The notes: a model not told the origin generated them from the letters alone. A DNA stretch of 64,000 nucleotides from an uncultured bacterium (GCA_963727715.1 CAVSGX010000007.1:36688-100687); one strand, 5' to 3'. Shown: positions 8,307-20,757, counted from the first letter of the stretch. Numbers and translations: made by a program.

Positions 8307-9741
8307 ATGGAGTATATACTTTCACAACACACTAACCGGAAAGAAAGATAAATTTTCACCTATTAATGACAATTTTGTGGGTATTTATTCCTGTGGACCG
8401 ACGGTTTACTGGAATCAGCACATCGGACATATGTACGCTTATGTGCAGTGGGATTGTCTTGTCCGCTCGCTCAATTATTTCGGTTACAAAACAAAATGGG
8501 TAATGAATTTGACCGATGTTGGTCATCTGACTTCCGACGAAGACCTGGGCGTTGATAAAATGGAAAAAGGGGCCGAGCGCGAGGGTTTATCTGTCTGGCA
8601 AATCGCCGACAAGTATATTGCCCAATTTCGCGATAGCTTGGAACTCTTAAACATTCACGAACCGGATGTTTTGTGCCGAGCTACCGAGCACATTCCGGAA
8701 CAAATAGAACTGATTGGAAAAATTGAAAAAAACGGTTTTGCTTATAAAACTAAAACCGGTTTGGTTTTTGACACCGAAAAATTTCCGGCCTACGCCGATT
8801 TCGCCCATTTGCATCTTGAAGATCAGAACGCCGGCAGTCGCGTCAGCGTTGATCCGAAAAAGAAAAAGCCGTGGGATTTTTTGCTTTGGATTACAAACCA
8901 GCCGAATCATATTATGAAATGGCCTTCTCCGTGGGGTGTTGGCTTCCCCGGCTGGCACATTGAATGCACGGCTATGTCGGTCAAATATCTCGGCGAAAAT
9001 TTTGACATTCACACCGGTGGCAAGGAGCACATTCCGGTGCATCACACCAATGAAGTGGCGCAGGCCTTCGGCGCTTTCGGGCATCAGACGGCCAATTTTT
9101 GGTTGCACAATGAGTGGCTTCTTTTTGACGGACAAAAAGTCAGCAAGTCGCTTGGCAATTCCATTTTGGTTTCCGACCTTGTCGCCCGCGGTTTTGACCC
9201 GCTATCACTCCGCTATCTCATAATGACCACGCACTACCGCACCGGTTTGAATTTCACATGGGAGAGTCTAACCGGCGCACAAACGGCATTAAAAAGATTA
9301 AGAAGTATTGTGCGTCACATGAGAGAAGATATTCAAATGAAAAATAGCGGTTACAAACCACATGATTCCATCTTACAAGAAAAAAAAGAAATTTTTAAAA
9401 GTTTTATAGGTGATGATCTTGGTATGCCACAAGCTTTAGCATTTGTGTGGGAATTAATACAAAATACCAAAGTCCACGAAACTGAAGCATATGAGTTAAT
9501 TAAAGATTTTGATAAAGTGCTTGGACTAAAATTGATAGAAGAAAATTTAAAAATGATACCGGAAAATATACAGAAACTAGCAAGAAAGATGAATAAAGCA
9601 CGTTTTTTTGATAAAGATTTTGAAAAAAGCGATAAAATACGTGAGGAAATAAAATCTTTTGGATTTGAGGTTAAAAATCTTGAAAATGGGGTTTATGTTG
9701 GGGGGAAAGATTATTACAACCAAATTTTTCCATTCCAATAA
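8307..9741 (+). CDS. cysS: cysteine--tRNA ligase (apparent +1 frameshift right after the ATG at 8307)
   Basis: [43 protein letters not shown]. Confidence 0.95.
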
Positions 9742-9823
9742 ATATAATCTCCCCAGCTTTTCCACTTATTTTGCACTTTTTGGCAAGTGGCGGAGAAATT
9801 TTCCGATGTGATACAATCCTGAT

Positions 9824-11215
9824 ATGCCTCAATCCACCTCCTCACAATCAATCATCTCTCGCTTGCGTATGCCACCGCAAAATCTGGAAGCGGAGATGGC
9901 TTTCCTCGGCTCGGTTATGCTTCGGCCGGAAGCGCTTTATGATGTCATTGACACAGTTACGCCGGATTCTTTTTACTCGGACAAGCACCGCATCATTTTT
10001 GAAACAATGCTGGAACTTTGGAGCAAGCACCAGCCGATTGACCTTTTGTCCGTTTCCTCGCGTTTGTCTGAAAAAGGTTGGTTGGACCAAATCGGTGGCA
10101 ACATTTACCTGACCGAGCTGGTTAATGTCGTGCCATCGGCCGGCAACATCGCTCACTACGCCGGCATCATTCAAAAAAAACACATTATGCGTCGGCTGAT
10201 TGAGGCTTCGGACCACATCAATCAAATCGGTTACGACGAAATTTTGGAAATGGAAGAAGCTTTGGACTCGGCCGAGAAAAAACTTTTCGAAGTAACTTCC
10301 ACTCACGGCTCGCATAAATTCACTCCGCTCAAAGACGAACTCTCGGAAGCGTGGGAAAGGTTGGATCGCCTGCACAGCTCGGAATCAACTTTGCGTGGTG
10401 TGCCGACCGGTTTTGCCGAACTAGACAACAAACTTTCCGGTTTGCAAAAATCCGATTTGATAATTTTGGCCGGACGGCCCTCGACCGGCAAAACTTCGCT
10501 GGCATTAGACATCGCTCGTCAGACAGCTGTGGCTCACAACACTTCGGTTGGAATTTTCTCGCTGGAAATGTCATCGCAACAATTGGTTGATCGTATGCTT
10601 TCGGCTCAAGCCAATGTTGACGCTTGGAAAATGCGCACCGGCAAACTGTCGCGACAGGACGACTTTGAGGCCATCCGCGAAGCTCTGGACAAACTTTCCA
10701 AAGCGCCGATTTACATTGACGACCAGCCGGGCAACAACATTTTGAAAATGCGCTCTGTCGCCAGACGGCTGAAAAGCGAGCACGGACTCGGCCTGATTAT
10801 CGTGGACTACTTGCAACTGATGGTGCCGACCCAAACCAGAAACGACAATGTCGTCCAACAAGTGACCGAAATTTCCCACTCGCTGAAAAACTTGGCCCGC
10901 GAACTGGATGTGCCGGTTTTGGCTCTGTCGCAACTCTCCCGCGCTGTGGAGTCGCGTGGCGGTCGGCCACGTCTTTCCGACTTGCGCGATTCCGGTTCAA
11001 TTGAACAAGATGCCGACATTGTGATGTTTATTCATCGCGAAGACAAATACAAAGAAGCCAGCGAAAAAACAAATGTTGCTGAGATTTTGATTGAAAAGCA
11101 CCGAAATGGCGAGACCGGCAAAATTGAACTTTTCTTCAACGACAAAAAAGCCACATTCCAGAGTTTAGATAAATCAAACTTTAGTGGCGCCGAAAAGGAG
11201 TTTACAGATTTTTAA
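9824..11215 (+). CDS. dnaB: replicative DNA helicase
   Basis: PPQNLEAE, AGRPSTGKT, IVDYLQLM, LSQLSR, DLRDSGSIEQDAD. Confidence 0.98.
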   Translation: MPQSTSSQSIISRLRMPPQNLEAEMAFLGSVMLRPEALYDVIDTVTPDSFYSDKHRIIFETMLELWSKHQPIDLLSVSSRLSEKGWLDQIGGNIYLTELVNVVPSAGNIAHYAGIIQKKHIMRRLIEASDHINQIGYDEILEMEEALDSAEKKLFEVTSTHGSHKFTPLKDELSEAWERLDRLHSSESTLRGVPTGFAELDNKLSGLQKSDLIILAGRPSTGKTSLALDIARQTAVAHNTSVGIFSLEMSSQQLVDRMLSAQANVDAWKMRTGKLSRQDDFEAIREALDKLSKAPIYIDDQPGNNILKMRSVARRLKSEHGLGLIIVDYLQLMVPTQTRNDNVVQQVTEISHSLKNLARELDVPVLALSQLSRAVESRGGRPRLSDLRDSGSIEQDADIVMFIHREDKYKEASEKTNVAEILIEKHRNGETGKIELFFNDKKATFQSLDKSNFSGAEKEFTDF

Positions 11216-11260
11216 CGACGCAAATTTCATTTTGTAATGATTTTTTACTATAATCACCTT

Positions 11261-11878
11261 ATGGACTCCACCGACAAACTTATCGAACTCTTTAAACAAT
11301 TCCCCGGCATCGGGCCACGACAAGCTAAACGCTTCGTTTATTTTTTGCTAACTCGGCCAAGCGGTTATACAGTAGAACTTTCCAAACTAATCAGCGAAAT
11401 AAAAACAAATGTTGTTTGTTGCGACGAATGTTTTAGATTTTTTGCAAAGAATGGCCACCCTTCCGACACCTGCCCGACATGCCTCGACAAAAATCGAGAC
11501 GGCAAATTGCTGATGATTGTTTCGCATGATGTTGATTTTGAAAATGTGGAGAGAACCGGAAGTTTCAACGGCCACTATTTTATTTTGGGAGGCGCAGTGC
11601 CTATTTTGGAAAAAAATCCGGAGAAAAAAATCCGCCAAAAAGAACTTTTGAAAACAGTTGAGAAAAAAATAAAAAACGGTTTGCAAGAAATCATTATCGC
11701 CTTAAATTACAACCCCGAAGGTGAAAACACTCTAACCTACGTTTCGCAAATTCTGCAACCATTGTCTGAAAAACACAAAATTAAAATTTCCACTCTCGGT
11801 CGTGGCCTTTCCACCGGCACTGAGCTGGAATATTCCGACTCCGACACCATCAAAAACGCCCTGAAAAACAGACAGTAA
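11261..11878 (+). CDS. recR: recombination mediator RecR
   Basis: PGIGPRQAKR HhH, C4 zinc finger, Toprim, GTELEYSD. Confidence 0.95.
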   Translation: MDSTDKLIELFKQFPGIGPRQAKRFVYFLLTRPSGYTVELSKLISEIKTNVVCCDECFRFFAKNGHPSDTCPTCLDKNRDGKLLMIVSHDVDFENVERTGSFNGHYFILGGAVPILEKNPEKKIRQKELLKTVEKKIKNGLQEIIIALNYNPEGENTLTYVSQILQPLSEKHKIKISTLGRGLSTGTELEYSDSDTIKNALKNRQ

Positions 11879-11884
11879 ATTGAT

Positions 11885-12166
11885 TTGCTTTTTGTTTTGG
11901 AATATGTAAACTTAATTGCGGAGAAGACAATGCTGTTTCCAAAACCTTTAGATCCTCTTCAAAAAAAAGAGGTCTTGAGAAAAGTAAGAGAAGAAAAAAG
12001 AAATCTAAAAAGGAAAAAAGAACGGTTTGTTAAAAGAGGTACTGATGTTGGTTTCAGCGCAGAACAGGCAAATCTTTTATATGATCTTTTTGCGGCCAAG
12101 GCCAATAAAACTCACGGGCATGAGAATCTTCAACCCAGAGAAATCATATACGGTAATCAAATATAG
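11885..12166 (+). CDS. hypothetical protein
   Basis: ORF only; GGAG before the internal ATG at 11930. Confidence 0.4.
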   Translation: MLFVLEYVNLIAEKTMLFPKPLDPLQKKEVLRKVREEKRNLKRKKERFVKRGTDVGFSAEQANLLYDLFAAKANKTHGHENLQPREIIYGNQI

Positions 12167-12209
12167 TCTGTATCAAAAAGCGCTCCATGAGGAGTGCTTG
12201 TTTTTTTAT

Positions 12210-12527
12210 TTATTTGATGCTCTCTATCAAAACTTTAAACCATGGCTGTCTGTGACCGTTCTTTTTGTAGTAGCGGGATTTTTGTTTGTATTTAACAACT
12301 TCCACCGTTTTATTGCGACCGATCTCAGCCAATGCGCCGAAAACTTTGGCGCCGGAAATATATGGTGTGCCGATGGTGGTGTTTTTGCCGTCTTCCACCA
12401 GCATTACTTTGTCGAAAGTGACTTTATCCCCCACTTTCAAATCACCCTTGATTTTCTCAATTTTAACCGTGTCGCCCTTGGCCACTTTGTATTGCTTGCC
12501 TCCTGTAAATATTATTGCGAATTCCAT
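12210..12527 (-). CDS. rplU: 50S ribosomal protein L21
   Basis: FAIIFTGGKQYKVAKGD...GHRQPW. Confidence 0.96.
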   Translation of the reverse strand: MEFAIIFTGGKQYKVAKGDTVKIEKIKGDLKVGDKVTFDKVMLVEDGKNTTIGTPYISGAKVFGALAEIGRNKTVEVVKYKQKSRYYKKNGHRQPWFKVLIESIK

Positions 12528-12577
12528 AGTTTTGCCATCATACCAAAACCACCCAAAAATGCAAATGAAAACCGAGG

Positions 12578-12895
12578 TCATTGACCCCGGTTGCACGAAT
12601 GGATATTTTCAGGACATATAACGTCCACACCCAAAAATTTGACATAGTTCGGAAACATCGGCGAGCCATCACATTGATAGCAAATCAACATCCCAAACTT
12701 TTCGACTTCCAAAATCTTTTGTCCGATTAAATTCCAATCGTCAGATTTTACCGTCAGGGAATTGTCTTGTTCTACTGAAAAACGAAATCCATATTCTGAA
12801 ATGATGCCGATTATGTTTTGATTATCTAAAATAACTTTCCAATATTTCGATCTCTCATCATCCACCAATTCAAAACGAACCATGCGTACCTCCAC
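12578..12895 (-). CDS. hypothetical protein
   Basis: ORF with GGAGG before MVRFELVDD. Confidence 0.4.
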   Translation of the reverse strand: MEVRMVRFELVDDERSKYWKVILDNQNIIGIISEYGFRFSVEQDNSLTVKSDDWNLIGQKILEVEKFGMLICYQCDGSPMFPNYVKFLGVDVICPENIHSCNRGQ

Positions 12896-12931
12896 GACAT
12901 ATCATACCTAAAAAAATGCAAAGTCAAATAT

Positions 12932-13600
12932 TTACTGTACCGTCACTTTTTTCATGACAACCGGTGTCAAAGGTTTGTTATTCAGCGGATCGGTTTTGAC
13001 GACATCAATTTTATCAACCACATCTTGTCCGGAAATGACCTTGCCGAAAATAGTGTAATTGCTCGGCAACGAATAGTCGGCGGCCATAATAAAGAATTGC
13101 GAGCCGTTGGTGTTCGGACCAGAGTTGGCCATAGCCACCACGCCCTGTTTGTAACCAGCTTGATAACTTGGCGTAGCAGGATTGAGCTCATCAGCAAATG
13201 TGTAGCCCGGACCGCCAGTGCCATCGCCTTTCGGATCGCCACCTTGAATCATAAAACCGGAAATAACGCGGTGAAATGTCAGACCATCGTAAAATCCTTT
13301 GCCCGCCAAAGTGATGAAATTCTGCACAGTGTTCGGCGCGTCGGCGTCGTATGTTTCAAAAATGATCGTGCCGTAGTTTGTTTCGATCGTCACTTTGTGC
13401 GCGCCGTTTTTGACCGTAGATGTTGTTGTCGCCGTTGTTGCGGTAGAGGTTGTTGTTGCGTTTTGTCCTGTTGCGCTTGATCCGTTGGCTGGCACAATAC
13501 TGATCTGCGAAACATTTCCACTACCACCAAAAAGATAGTACCCGCCCAAAATCGCCACGATAATAACAAAAAGACTTAAAATAATATATTTTGTATCCAT
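12932..13600 (-). CDS. membrane-anchored cyclophilin-type peptidyl-prolyl isomerase
   Basis: [30 protein letters not shown]. Confidence 0.95.
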   Translation of the reverse strand: MDTKYIILSLFVIIVAILGGYYLFGGSGNVSQISIVPANGSSATGQNATTTSTATTATTTSTVKNGAHKVTIETNYGTIIFETYDADAPNTVQNFITLAGKGFYDGLTFHRVISGFMIQGGDPKGDGTGGPGYTFADELNPATPSYQAGYKQGVVAMANSGPNTNGSQFFIMAADYSLPSNYTIFGKVISGQDVVDKIDVVKTDPLNNKPLTPVVMKKVTVQ

Positions 13601-13643
13601 TTTATTTTTGAAAAATTATTAATTTTGCCAAATTTGAAACATC

Positions 13644-13763
13644 AAACTTTCAAATTTGGATGAAATTCTAGGCGGACGAGGAAAATAATTCGAGCCTTAC
13701 TGTGGTAAGGTGAGAATTATTTTGCCGAAGTCCAACAACGAATTTCGCCAAATTTGGAAGTTT
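13644..13763. repeat. structured intergenic palindromic element, family B
   Basis: imperfect terminal inverted repeats aaactttcaaatttgg..gaaattc / gaatttcgccaaatttggaagttt with nested hairpins. Confidence 0.55.
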
Positions 13764-13771
13764 TAACTATT

Positions 13772-14857
13772 CTACTCAATTTTGAGAGATTGTCCATTGA
13801 GCAGGATATCAAAACGAACATCACTATTTTTTGGGTGAGCCAGAATTTCTTTCAATACTTCAACCGGCTCATATTGCCCGTCCAGAGCCAAATGAAATGT
13901 GCCAAAGTGAATCGGCACGGCCCGCCTAACGGATAGATCTTTGTACAACCTGACAGCGTCCTCCGGACTCATGTGCATTTTACGCATCATTGATTTTGGT
14001 TTGAAAGCGCCGATTGGCAGAAAAGCCAATCTAAACCCGCCGGGATATTTTTTACGAATTTGGCTGGCAAAAGGTCCATAGCCAGTGTCTGCGGCAAAAT
14101 AAATGTCGCCATGCGGAGTGGAAATGACAAACCCAGCCCAAAGAGTTTTGTTTCTGTCGGTTACAGCTCGCGAGGAAAAATGTTGAGCCGGCACGCATTC
14201 AACCGAAACCGCGTCAGAAACTTTGCGCGACTCTCCCCAATCCATATCTTCGGCACCAGAAATTTTTTTAGCCTGTAAATTTTGACTGTTGCCGAGAGGA
14301 GTCAAAATAATCGGTCTGTCCCGTTTGGAAATTCTTCGCAGAGAAATGATATCCATATGGTCGTAATGGTTGTGGCTCAAAAGTATCAGATCAATCTTCG
14401 GCAAATCAGAAAAGACCACACCTGGAGGCATATAACGCTTCATCCCCAAAAATGGCATCGGGCTGATTCGTCCAGACCAAACCGGGTCGGTTAAAATATT
14501 CAACCCTTCGGTTTGTATTAAAACGGTCGAATGATTCACGAAGGTTACAACAACGGGCTTGCCCAAAACTCTCTCCGGAGGATAGACGGGACCGTCAGGC
14601 AATGGTCTTTTTCTCCAATGATCGGTAAAAATTTTAACAAGAGGAATTGTGCCGAGATCCCATTCCAAAATTTCTCTGAAAGATTTTTTGTCCACATTTC
14701 TGACCCAAAAATCAGGAGAAATGTTGTGAAATTTCCAACCATTAAAATGGTCGGAGATCGGCCCACGGTAACTTTTGGACCGCAAGCAATAATTTACAAT
14801 GACGCAAATTAAAATAAAACTTATGACAAATGTTATCATTTGAGACAATTGTAGCAT
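13772..14857 (-). CDS. metallo-beta-lactamase fold hydrolase (NAPE-PLD/RomA-like)
   Basis: LTDPVWS, SHNHYDHMD, FAADTGY, PIHFGTF. Confidence 0.88.
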   Translation of the reverse strand: MLQLSQMITFVISFILICVIVNYCLRSKSYRGPISDHFNGWKFHNISPDFWVRNVDKKSFREILEWDLGTIPLVKIFTDHWRKRPLPDGPVYPPERVLGKPVVVTFVNHSTVLIQTEGLNILTDPVWSGRISPMPFLGMKRYMPPGVVFSDLPKIDLILLSHNHYDHMDIISLRRISKRDRPIILTPLGNSQNLQAKKISGAEDMDWGESRKVSDAVSVECVPAQHFSSRAVTDRNKTLWAGFVISTPHGDIYFAADTGYGPFASQIRKKYPGGFRLAFLPIGAFKPKSMMRKMHMSPEDAVRLYKDLSVRRAVPIHFGTFHLALDGQYEPVEVLKEILAHPKNSDVRFDILLNGQSLKIE

Positions 14858-14915
14858 AAATTTTTATGTTACAATATTTTTCAGGCGCGGGTATGGTTTC
14901 CAGGGCAGTAAAAAA

Positions 14916-14986
14916 GCGAGTGTAATTTAGTGGTAGAATTTGTGCTTCCCAAGCACAGAGCGCGGGTTCGATTCCCGCCACTCGCA
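14916..14986 (+). tRNA. tRNA-Gly(CCC)
   Basis: cloverleaf; anticodon arm tgtgc-ttCCCaa-gcaca; GTTCGATTC T-loop. Confidence 0.93.
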
Positions 14987-15001
14987 CAAAAAATAAATCG
15001 G

Positions 15002-15072
15002 TGGACCTAGGCGGAGTTGAACCGCCGCTTCGGCAATGCGAATGCCGCGTAATACCACTTTACTATAGGCCC
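15002..15072 (-). tRNA. tRNA-Ala(CGC)
   Basis: anticodon arm cggca-ttCGCat-tgccg; G3-U70 pair; GGTTCAACTCC. Confidence 0.88.
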
Positions 15073-15076
15073 TCTG

Positions 15077-15150
15077 TGCATCCTACAAGATTCGAACTTG
15101 TGACCTTGCGAATGTGAATCGCACGCTCTAACCAACTGAGCTAAGGATGC
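15077..15150 (-). tRNA. tRNA-Val(CAC)
   Basis: TAGCTCAGTTGGTTAGAGC D-arm; tgcga-ttCACat-tcgca. Confidence 0.93.
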
Positions 15151-15168
15151 AAATTCCCAAAAGTTATT

Positions 15169-15483
15169 TTATCCGACCATTAGAGCTATCACGATTAACA
15201 AAACAAAAAGGACAAGCCAGCCGAGAGTGGCAAAAAGAAAAATAAAAGCTTCTTTTTTGAGATTGTCCAAGTACAACATAATCGGGCGACCAAAAACCAA
15301 AAGTCCTGTAACAGAAGCCGATATAATAAAAATAAGCAACAAAAATACCGGCACAATAAAATTATTCCCAGTTTGACCGAAAATATCTTGCACGTGTGAA
15401 AAGAACCAGGCCACAGCCGAAACATAGGCCAGAACCCCGCCGGCATTTATAAAACTTTTTAAAATATAATCTGATTTTTTCAT
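15169..15483 (-). CDS. hypothetical 3-TM membrane protein
   Basis: hydrophobic ORF between tRNAs. Confidence 0.6.
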   Translation of the reverse strand: MKKSDYILKSFINAGGVLAYVSAVAWFFSHVQDIFGQTGNNFIVPVFLLLIFIISASVTGLLVFGRPIMLYLDNLKKEAFIFLFATLGWLVLFVLLIVIALMVG

Positions 15484-15484
15484 G

Positions 15485-15555
15485 TGGACCTGCGGGGAAT
15501 CGAACCCCGACTACTTGAATGCCATCCAAGTGTAATACCGTTTTACTACAGGCCC
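15485..15555 (-). tRNA. tRNA-Ala(GGC)
   Basis: cttgg-atGGCat-tcaag arm; GGTTCGATTCCC. Confidence 0.88.
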
Positions 15556-16235
15556 TCTAATATTATTTTTGGAATCAATTCCAACTCCAATTGTATATCT
15601 GTGCGACCGGTCATTACAACACAAACCCCTTTGTATTTTTTTTGTTTTGTTGGTTTCCCGACGGTTCTTGGATCAGGAATTGTTTTGTAAAAATTTTTCA
15701 ATGGAATCAGGGTTATTCGAGACCAATATATTTCAAGTTTGTTAATATTTTGGTCTGCACGATAACTGATCCTGCATTTCAAATCTTTCGGCTTAATATT
15801 GTAGCATAAATGAAGTAATTGCAAGTATAAAGTAATTATTTCCGGGCTCGAGCTACCTAGTGACAAACCTTTATGAGAATGCCATTTTGATCCTTCACCA
15901 AGATACAAAATGGAGAGTAACATTTTCAATAAATCTCTATCTTTCAGTTTTTTTGCCAAATGCTTATTTTTATCATGCAAACTTGAAAACAATTTTTCAC
16001 GTTTCAACTTACAAGACACCATTGCTATTTTTTGAGCTTTTGAAAGATTTGACTTATTAAGTTTATCAATTTTTTCTTGATATTCAGCGGGCAAATAAAT
16101 ACCACTACACCAGTTTGAAATAGTGCTCTTAGGAACTTTAATTTTTAACTTTTTAGTTATTTCAGAATATGTTAGGCCGGCTGCTCGAAGTTTTTTTGCT
16201 TTATTTATTTTTAATTTATCATACCTGGCTTTCAT
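15546..16235 (-). CDS. HTH plus LAGLIDADG-like domain protein
   Basis: GLTYSEITKKL..PKSTISNWC HTH; LYLGEGSK..LGSSSPEII; stop codon lies inside tRNA-Ala. Confidence 0.65.
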   Translation of the reverse strand: MKARYDKLKINKAKKLRAAGLTYSEITKKLKIKVPKSTISNWCSGIYLPAEYQEKIDKLNKSNLSKAQKIAMVSCKLKREKLFSSLHDKNKHLAKKLKDRDLLKMLLSILYLGEGSKWHSHKGLSLGSSSPEIITLYLQLLHLCYNIKPKDLKCRISYRADQNINKLEIYWSRITLIPLKNFYKTIPDPRTVGKPTKQKKYKGVCVVMTGRTDIQLELELIPKIILEGL

Positions 16236-16294
16236 ACTATAATTGTACTCCAGTGATTCACCATGTGTAAATACAAAAATGTGGACAAACTGGA

Positions 16295-16657
16295 CTAAAA
16301 ATTCATGTCAGCGTTAATGCCCGCGACTGTGGAGTTGATGTAGCTTTGTGTCCAGACAATTGCCGACCAAATCATGATGACAGTCGACAATATTAAAAGC
16401 ACCCAGGCCACTTCTCCTATCTGTTTGGTTTTTGGGTCGTTTGATTTGAAATATTTCATCCCAGACCAACGGGTGATAAAAAGAAAACAGATGAATGGTA
16501 AGATGGCACTGAAAGCGTAGAGTTTAATCTGCGCGCCAAGCGTCGTGGAAAGCGGAGCTGAATTCAATTTCGTTCCGCAGTTCGGACAGAAATAATAACT
16601 CGACAAAACCGGTTGGTGGCATGTCGGGCAGACATTGGTATTAGAATTTGGTTCCAT
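16295..16657 (-). CDS. zinc-ribbon membrane protein
   Basis: CPTC..FCPNCG plus two TM helices. Confidence 0.7.
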   Translation of the reverse strand: MEPNSNTNVCPTCHQPVLSSYYFCPNCGTKLNSAPLSTTLGAQIKLYAFSAILPFICFLFITRWSGMKYFKSNDPKTKQIGEVAWVLLILSTVIMIWSAIVWTQSYINSTVAGINADMNF

Positions 16658-16693
16658 AAATTAATTCTACCAGAGTCAACTGTTTTTGACGAG

Positions 16694-16778
16694 CGGAGGG
16701 TAAGGGATTTGAACCCTTGATGCCTTTCGGCATACGCGCTCTCCAAGCGCGCGCACTAGACCGCTATGCGAACCCTCC
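16694..16778 (-). tRNA. tRNA-Ser(GGA)
   Basis: cgcgc-ttGGAga-gcgcg; long variable arm atgcc-gaaa-ggcat. Confidence 0.93.
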
Positions 16779-16799
16779 TAAAATAAAATTTTCGGCAAA

Positions 16800-17288
16800 T
16801 TATTTCCGCAATTTTAAAATTTTTTCCACATCGCGAATTTCGCCCCAGATGCCGTCTATCAAATCATATTTTTTGGCCTCTTTCAATGTGGGCCAAGCGA
16901 ATTCCACTGCGTCCTCGTCCAACTTCACTTTGCCGGAAATAAATTTGGCGAAGTAGCTGAAAACAATAACCGGTATACCGTCGGGACGAATGAATGTCAG
17001 TTCTAGCAAAAATTCCGGCTTGCCGATCTTCAGGCCGACTTCTTCTTTGATTTCGCGCAGGAGAGATTTTTGCAAAGCCCTGTACCACTGCGGAGCGCCT
17101 TTCGTGCTCGGCTTATCGTTTATGTAGTCGTCGGTAGTCAGTCCCCCGCCCGGCACTGTCCATTTGTTCGGATGCACTTTTTTGTGCGGAGCGCGCTTGG
17201 TCAAAAGGTAGCGGAAACTGGATTTGTCTTTTTTCCAGATAATCGTTGTCGTCACAATACGATGCAATTCTTTGTCTTTGATTTCCAT
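16800..17288 (-). CDS. NUDIX hydrolase
   Basis: WTVPGG...LLREIKEEVGL. Confidence 0.85.
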   Translation of the reverse strand: MEIKDKELHRIVTTTIIWKKDKSSFRYLLTKRAPHKKVHPNKWTVPGGGLTTDDYINDKPSTKGAPQWYRALQKSLLREIKEEVGLKIGKPEFLLELTFIRPDGIPVIVFSYFAKFISGKVKLDEDAVEFAWPTLKEAKKYDLIDGIWGEIRDVEKILKLRK

Positions 17289-17327
17289 GGTTTTAGATTA
17301 AATTCTAATTGTTGAATTATATATCAC

Positions 17328-17363
17328 AAAACAAAAAACCACCAAGTGGTGGTTTTTTGTTTT

Positions 17364-17364
<1 letters not shown>
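17328..17364. terminator. bidirectional intrinsic terminator after groEL
   Basis: aaaacaaaaaaccacc-aagt-ggtggttttttgtttt. Confidence 0.75.
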
Positions 17365-19170
<1,806 letters not shown>

Positions 19171-19182
19171 TCTTAATAAATT

Positions 19183-19578
19183 TTATTTCAGTATTGCCAG
19201 TATATTTTCTTCCTTTATTAAATAATATTCCTCACCACCGACCGTCACTTCGTCATAGCCGTATTTGGAAAAGGCCACCGTGTCGCCGATATTTACAGAG
19301 ACCGGCACGCGCTTGCCGTCCTTCCATTCACCTGCCCCAACGGCAACAACTTTGCCCTGCTCCGATTTTTCCTTGGAATCCGTGTCTGGCAAAATGATGC
19401 CAAAGTTGCTTTTCTTTTCCAATTCCTCTTTGGTGAAAGGTTTGATCAAAACCCGACTGCCCAAAGGCATAATTTTTGATTTGCCGGTCTGGGATTTTGC
19501 TGAAAGATTTTTAATGGCCTTTTTAGCCGGTTTTGACTTTGTTTTTTTTGTTGGCTTTTTCATCATTTTTTTCTTCAT
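19183..19578 (-). CDS. groS: co-chaperonin GroES with basic N-terminal extension
   Basis: IMPLGSRVLIK..GIILPD..GKVVAVGAG..FSKYG. Confidence 0.93.
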   Translation of the reverse strand: MKKKMMKKPTKKTKSKPAKKAIKNLSAKSQTGKSKIMPLGSRVLIKPFTKEELEKKSNFGIILPDTDSKEKSEQGKVVAVGAGEWKDGKRVPVSVNIGDTVAFSKYGYDEVTVGGEEYYLIKEENILAILK

Positions 19579-19639
19579 TACAGTTTGTGTTAGCTATTAA
19601 GTGTTGAAAGTATATGTATTTTCCGGTCTGTCGTCAAAC

Positions 19640-19669
19640 TTGACAAAAAATATGAGATGTGATAGACTA
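19640..19669 (+). promoter_or_regulatory. sigma70-like promoter
   Basis: TTGACA-18 nt-TAGACT upstream of the orphan at 19741. Confidence 0.5.
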
Positions 19670-19740
19670 CGATAAGAATCGACCTGTGGAACGGACTGGG
19701 CGAGCAACCCTACCTAATTCCCGGCGATAGAAGGGGAAGT

Positions 19741-20301
19741 ATGTCAGTCAATGTGTACCTCAAAAACGAAGTTCGTAATCTCGATGGATTTGTCCTCGGG
19801 AGCACGGATAACATGGGTCGCTACACGAGCAGGACCAAATTCAAGGGTGTAATTCTCTCCGAGGAGGGTGATCGACTATACCTCGGCATCCACAGCGAAA
19901 ATCAAGAAGTCCCGGAATGCCTCGCAGACATGGTCGAGGAGATCAGTGTGTGTGACTTCTTTTGTCCGAATCGTGGAACTCGCGAAACGGGTATCTACCG
20001 GCATAACTCGGCTGAAGCCGAGCTGGAGGTCGGGTGTGATAGCCGACAGTTGCGATTCAACATTCACATTCGGAGCAAGAAAATGAGCGATGTTCGCGAA
20101 CTGCTCCGTCTGATCAAGATCGGCGCGATTCGACCAAACGAGAGTTATGAGGGAAGTCAGCAGGGCAAGTCCCACCGACAACTCGAAGACGAACTTGCTT
20201 CTGTGAGACAGTTCGTCAACGAACTGGTTCGGGGAAAGATATTCTTTGTCCGGGCAGCCTACATCGTCAGGCGACTCAACCAGATTTTCAACAGCAAGTG
20301 A
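19741..20301 (+). CDS. hypothetical protein (GC-richer orphan)
   Basis: ORF with purine-rich RBS, own promoter and downstream hairpin gggcgcgac-cta-gtcgcgccc. Confidence 0.6.
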   Translation: MSVNVYLKNEVRNLDGFVLGSTDNMGRYTSRTKFKGVILSEEGDRLYLGIHSENQEVPECLADMVEEISVCDFFCPNRGTRETGIYRHNSAEAELEVGCDSRQLRFNIHIRSKKMSDVRELLRLIKIGAIRPNESYEGSQQGKSHRQLEDELASVRQFVNELVRGKIFFVRAAYIVRRLNQIFNSK

Positions 20302-20383
20302 CGGATACGTCCGTCGGGGCGCGACCTAGTCGCGCCCTTTTCCATTTGCAAAAAATTTAAATTCAAGTATACTTATCCTCACT

Positions 20384-20614
20384 ATGACTCCGATTCATAT
20401 CGTTTCTGTCTTTCAAATCGTATTGGCAGTGCTCCTCATCTGCGGAGTGCTTTTGCAGCAATCCGAAGCGGGCCTCGGTGGAGCTTTTGGCGGTGGCGAC
20501 GGTTTTTCCTCGGGTCACCACACCAAACGTGGAGCGGAAAGAACAATATTTATTGCTACAATTGTTATTTCAGTATTATTTGCTGTCAGTTCCATAAGTC
20601 TACTATTATTGTAA
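20384..20614 (+). CDS. secG: preprotein translocase subunit SecG
   Basis: VLLQQSEAGLGGAFGG..TKRGAER; two TM helices. Confidence 0.9.
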   Translation: MTPIHIVSVFQIVLAVLLICGVLLQQSEAGLGGAFGGGDGFSSGHHTKRGAERTIFIATIVISVLFAVSSISLLLL

Positions 20615-20617
20615 AAG

Positions 20618-20739
20618 AATTAATCTAATTTCTAATTATTCTAATTTCTAAATAAATCCCAATACCCAAAAATCAAAATCTTGGTCATTGGGATTTGGTG
20701 CTTGTTTAGAAATTAGGTTAATTAGGTTAATTAGAAATT
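20618..20739. repeat. AT-rich imperfect palindrome, family A copy 3
   Basis: aattaatctaatttctaattattctaatttctaaataaatcccaat...attgggattt...aattaggttaattagaaatt. Confidence 0.7.
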
Positions 20740-20757
20740 ATTATTTCTATTATCTTC

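Noticed and set aside
16277-16285. atgtggac matching the tRNA-Ala 3' end as a possible att site
   Set aside because: Only about 8 bp and no integrase nearby.
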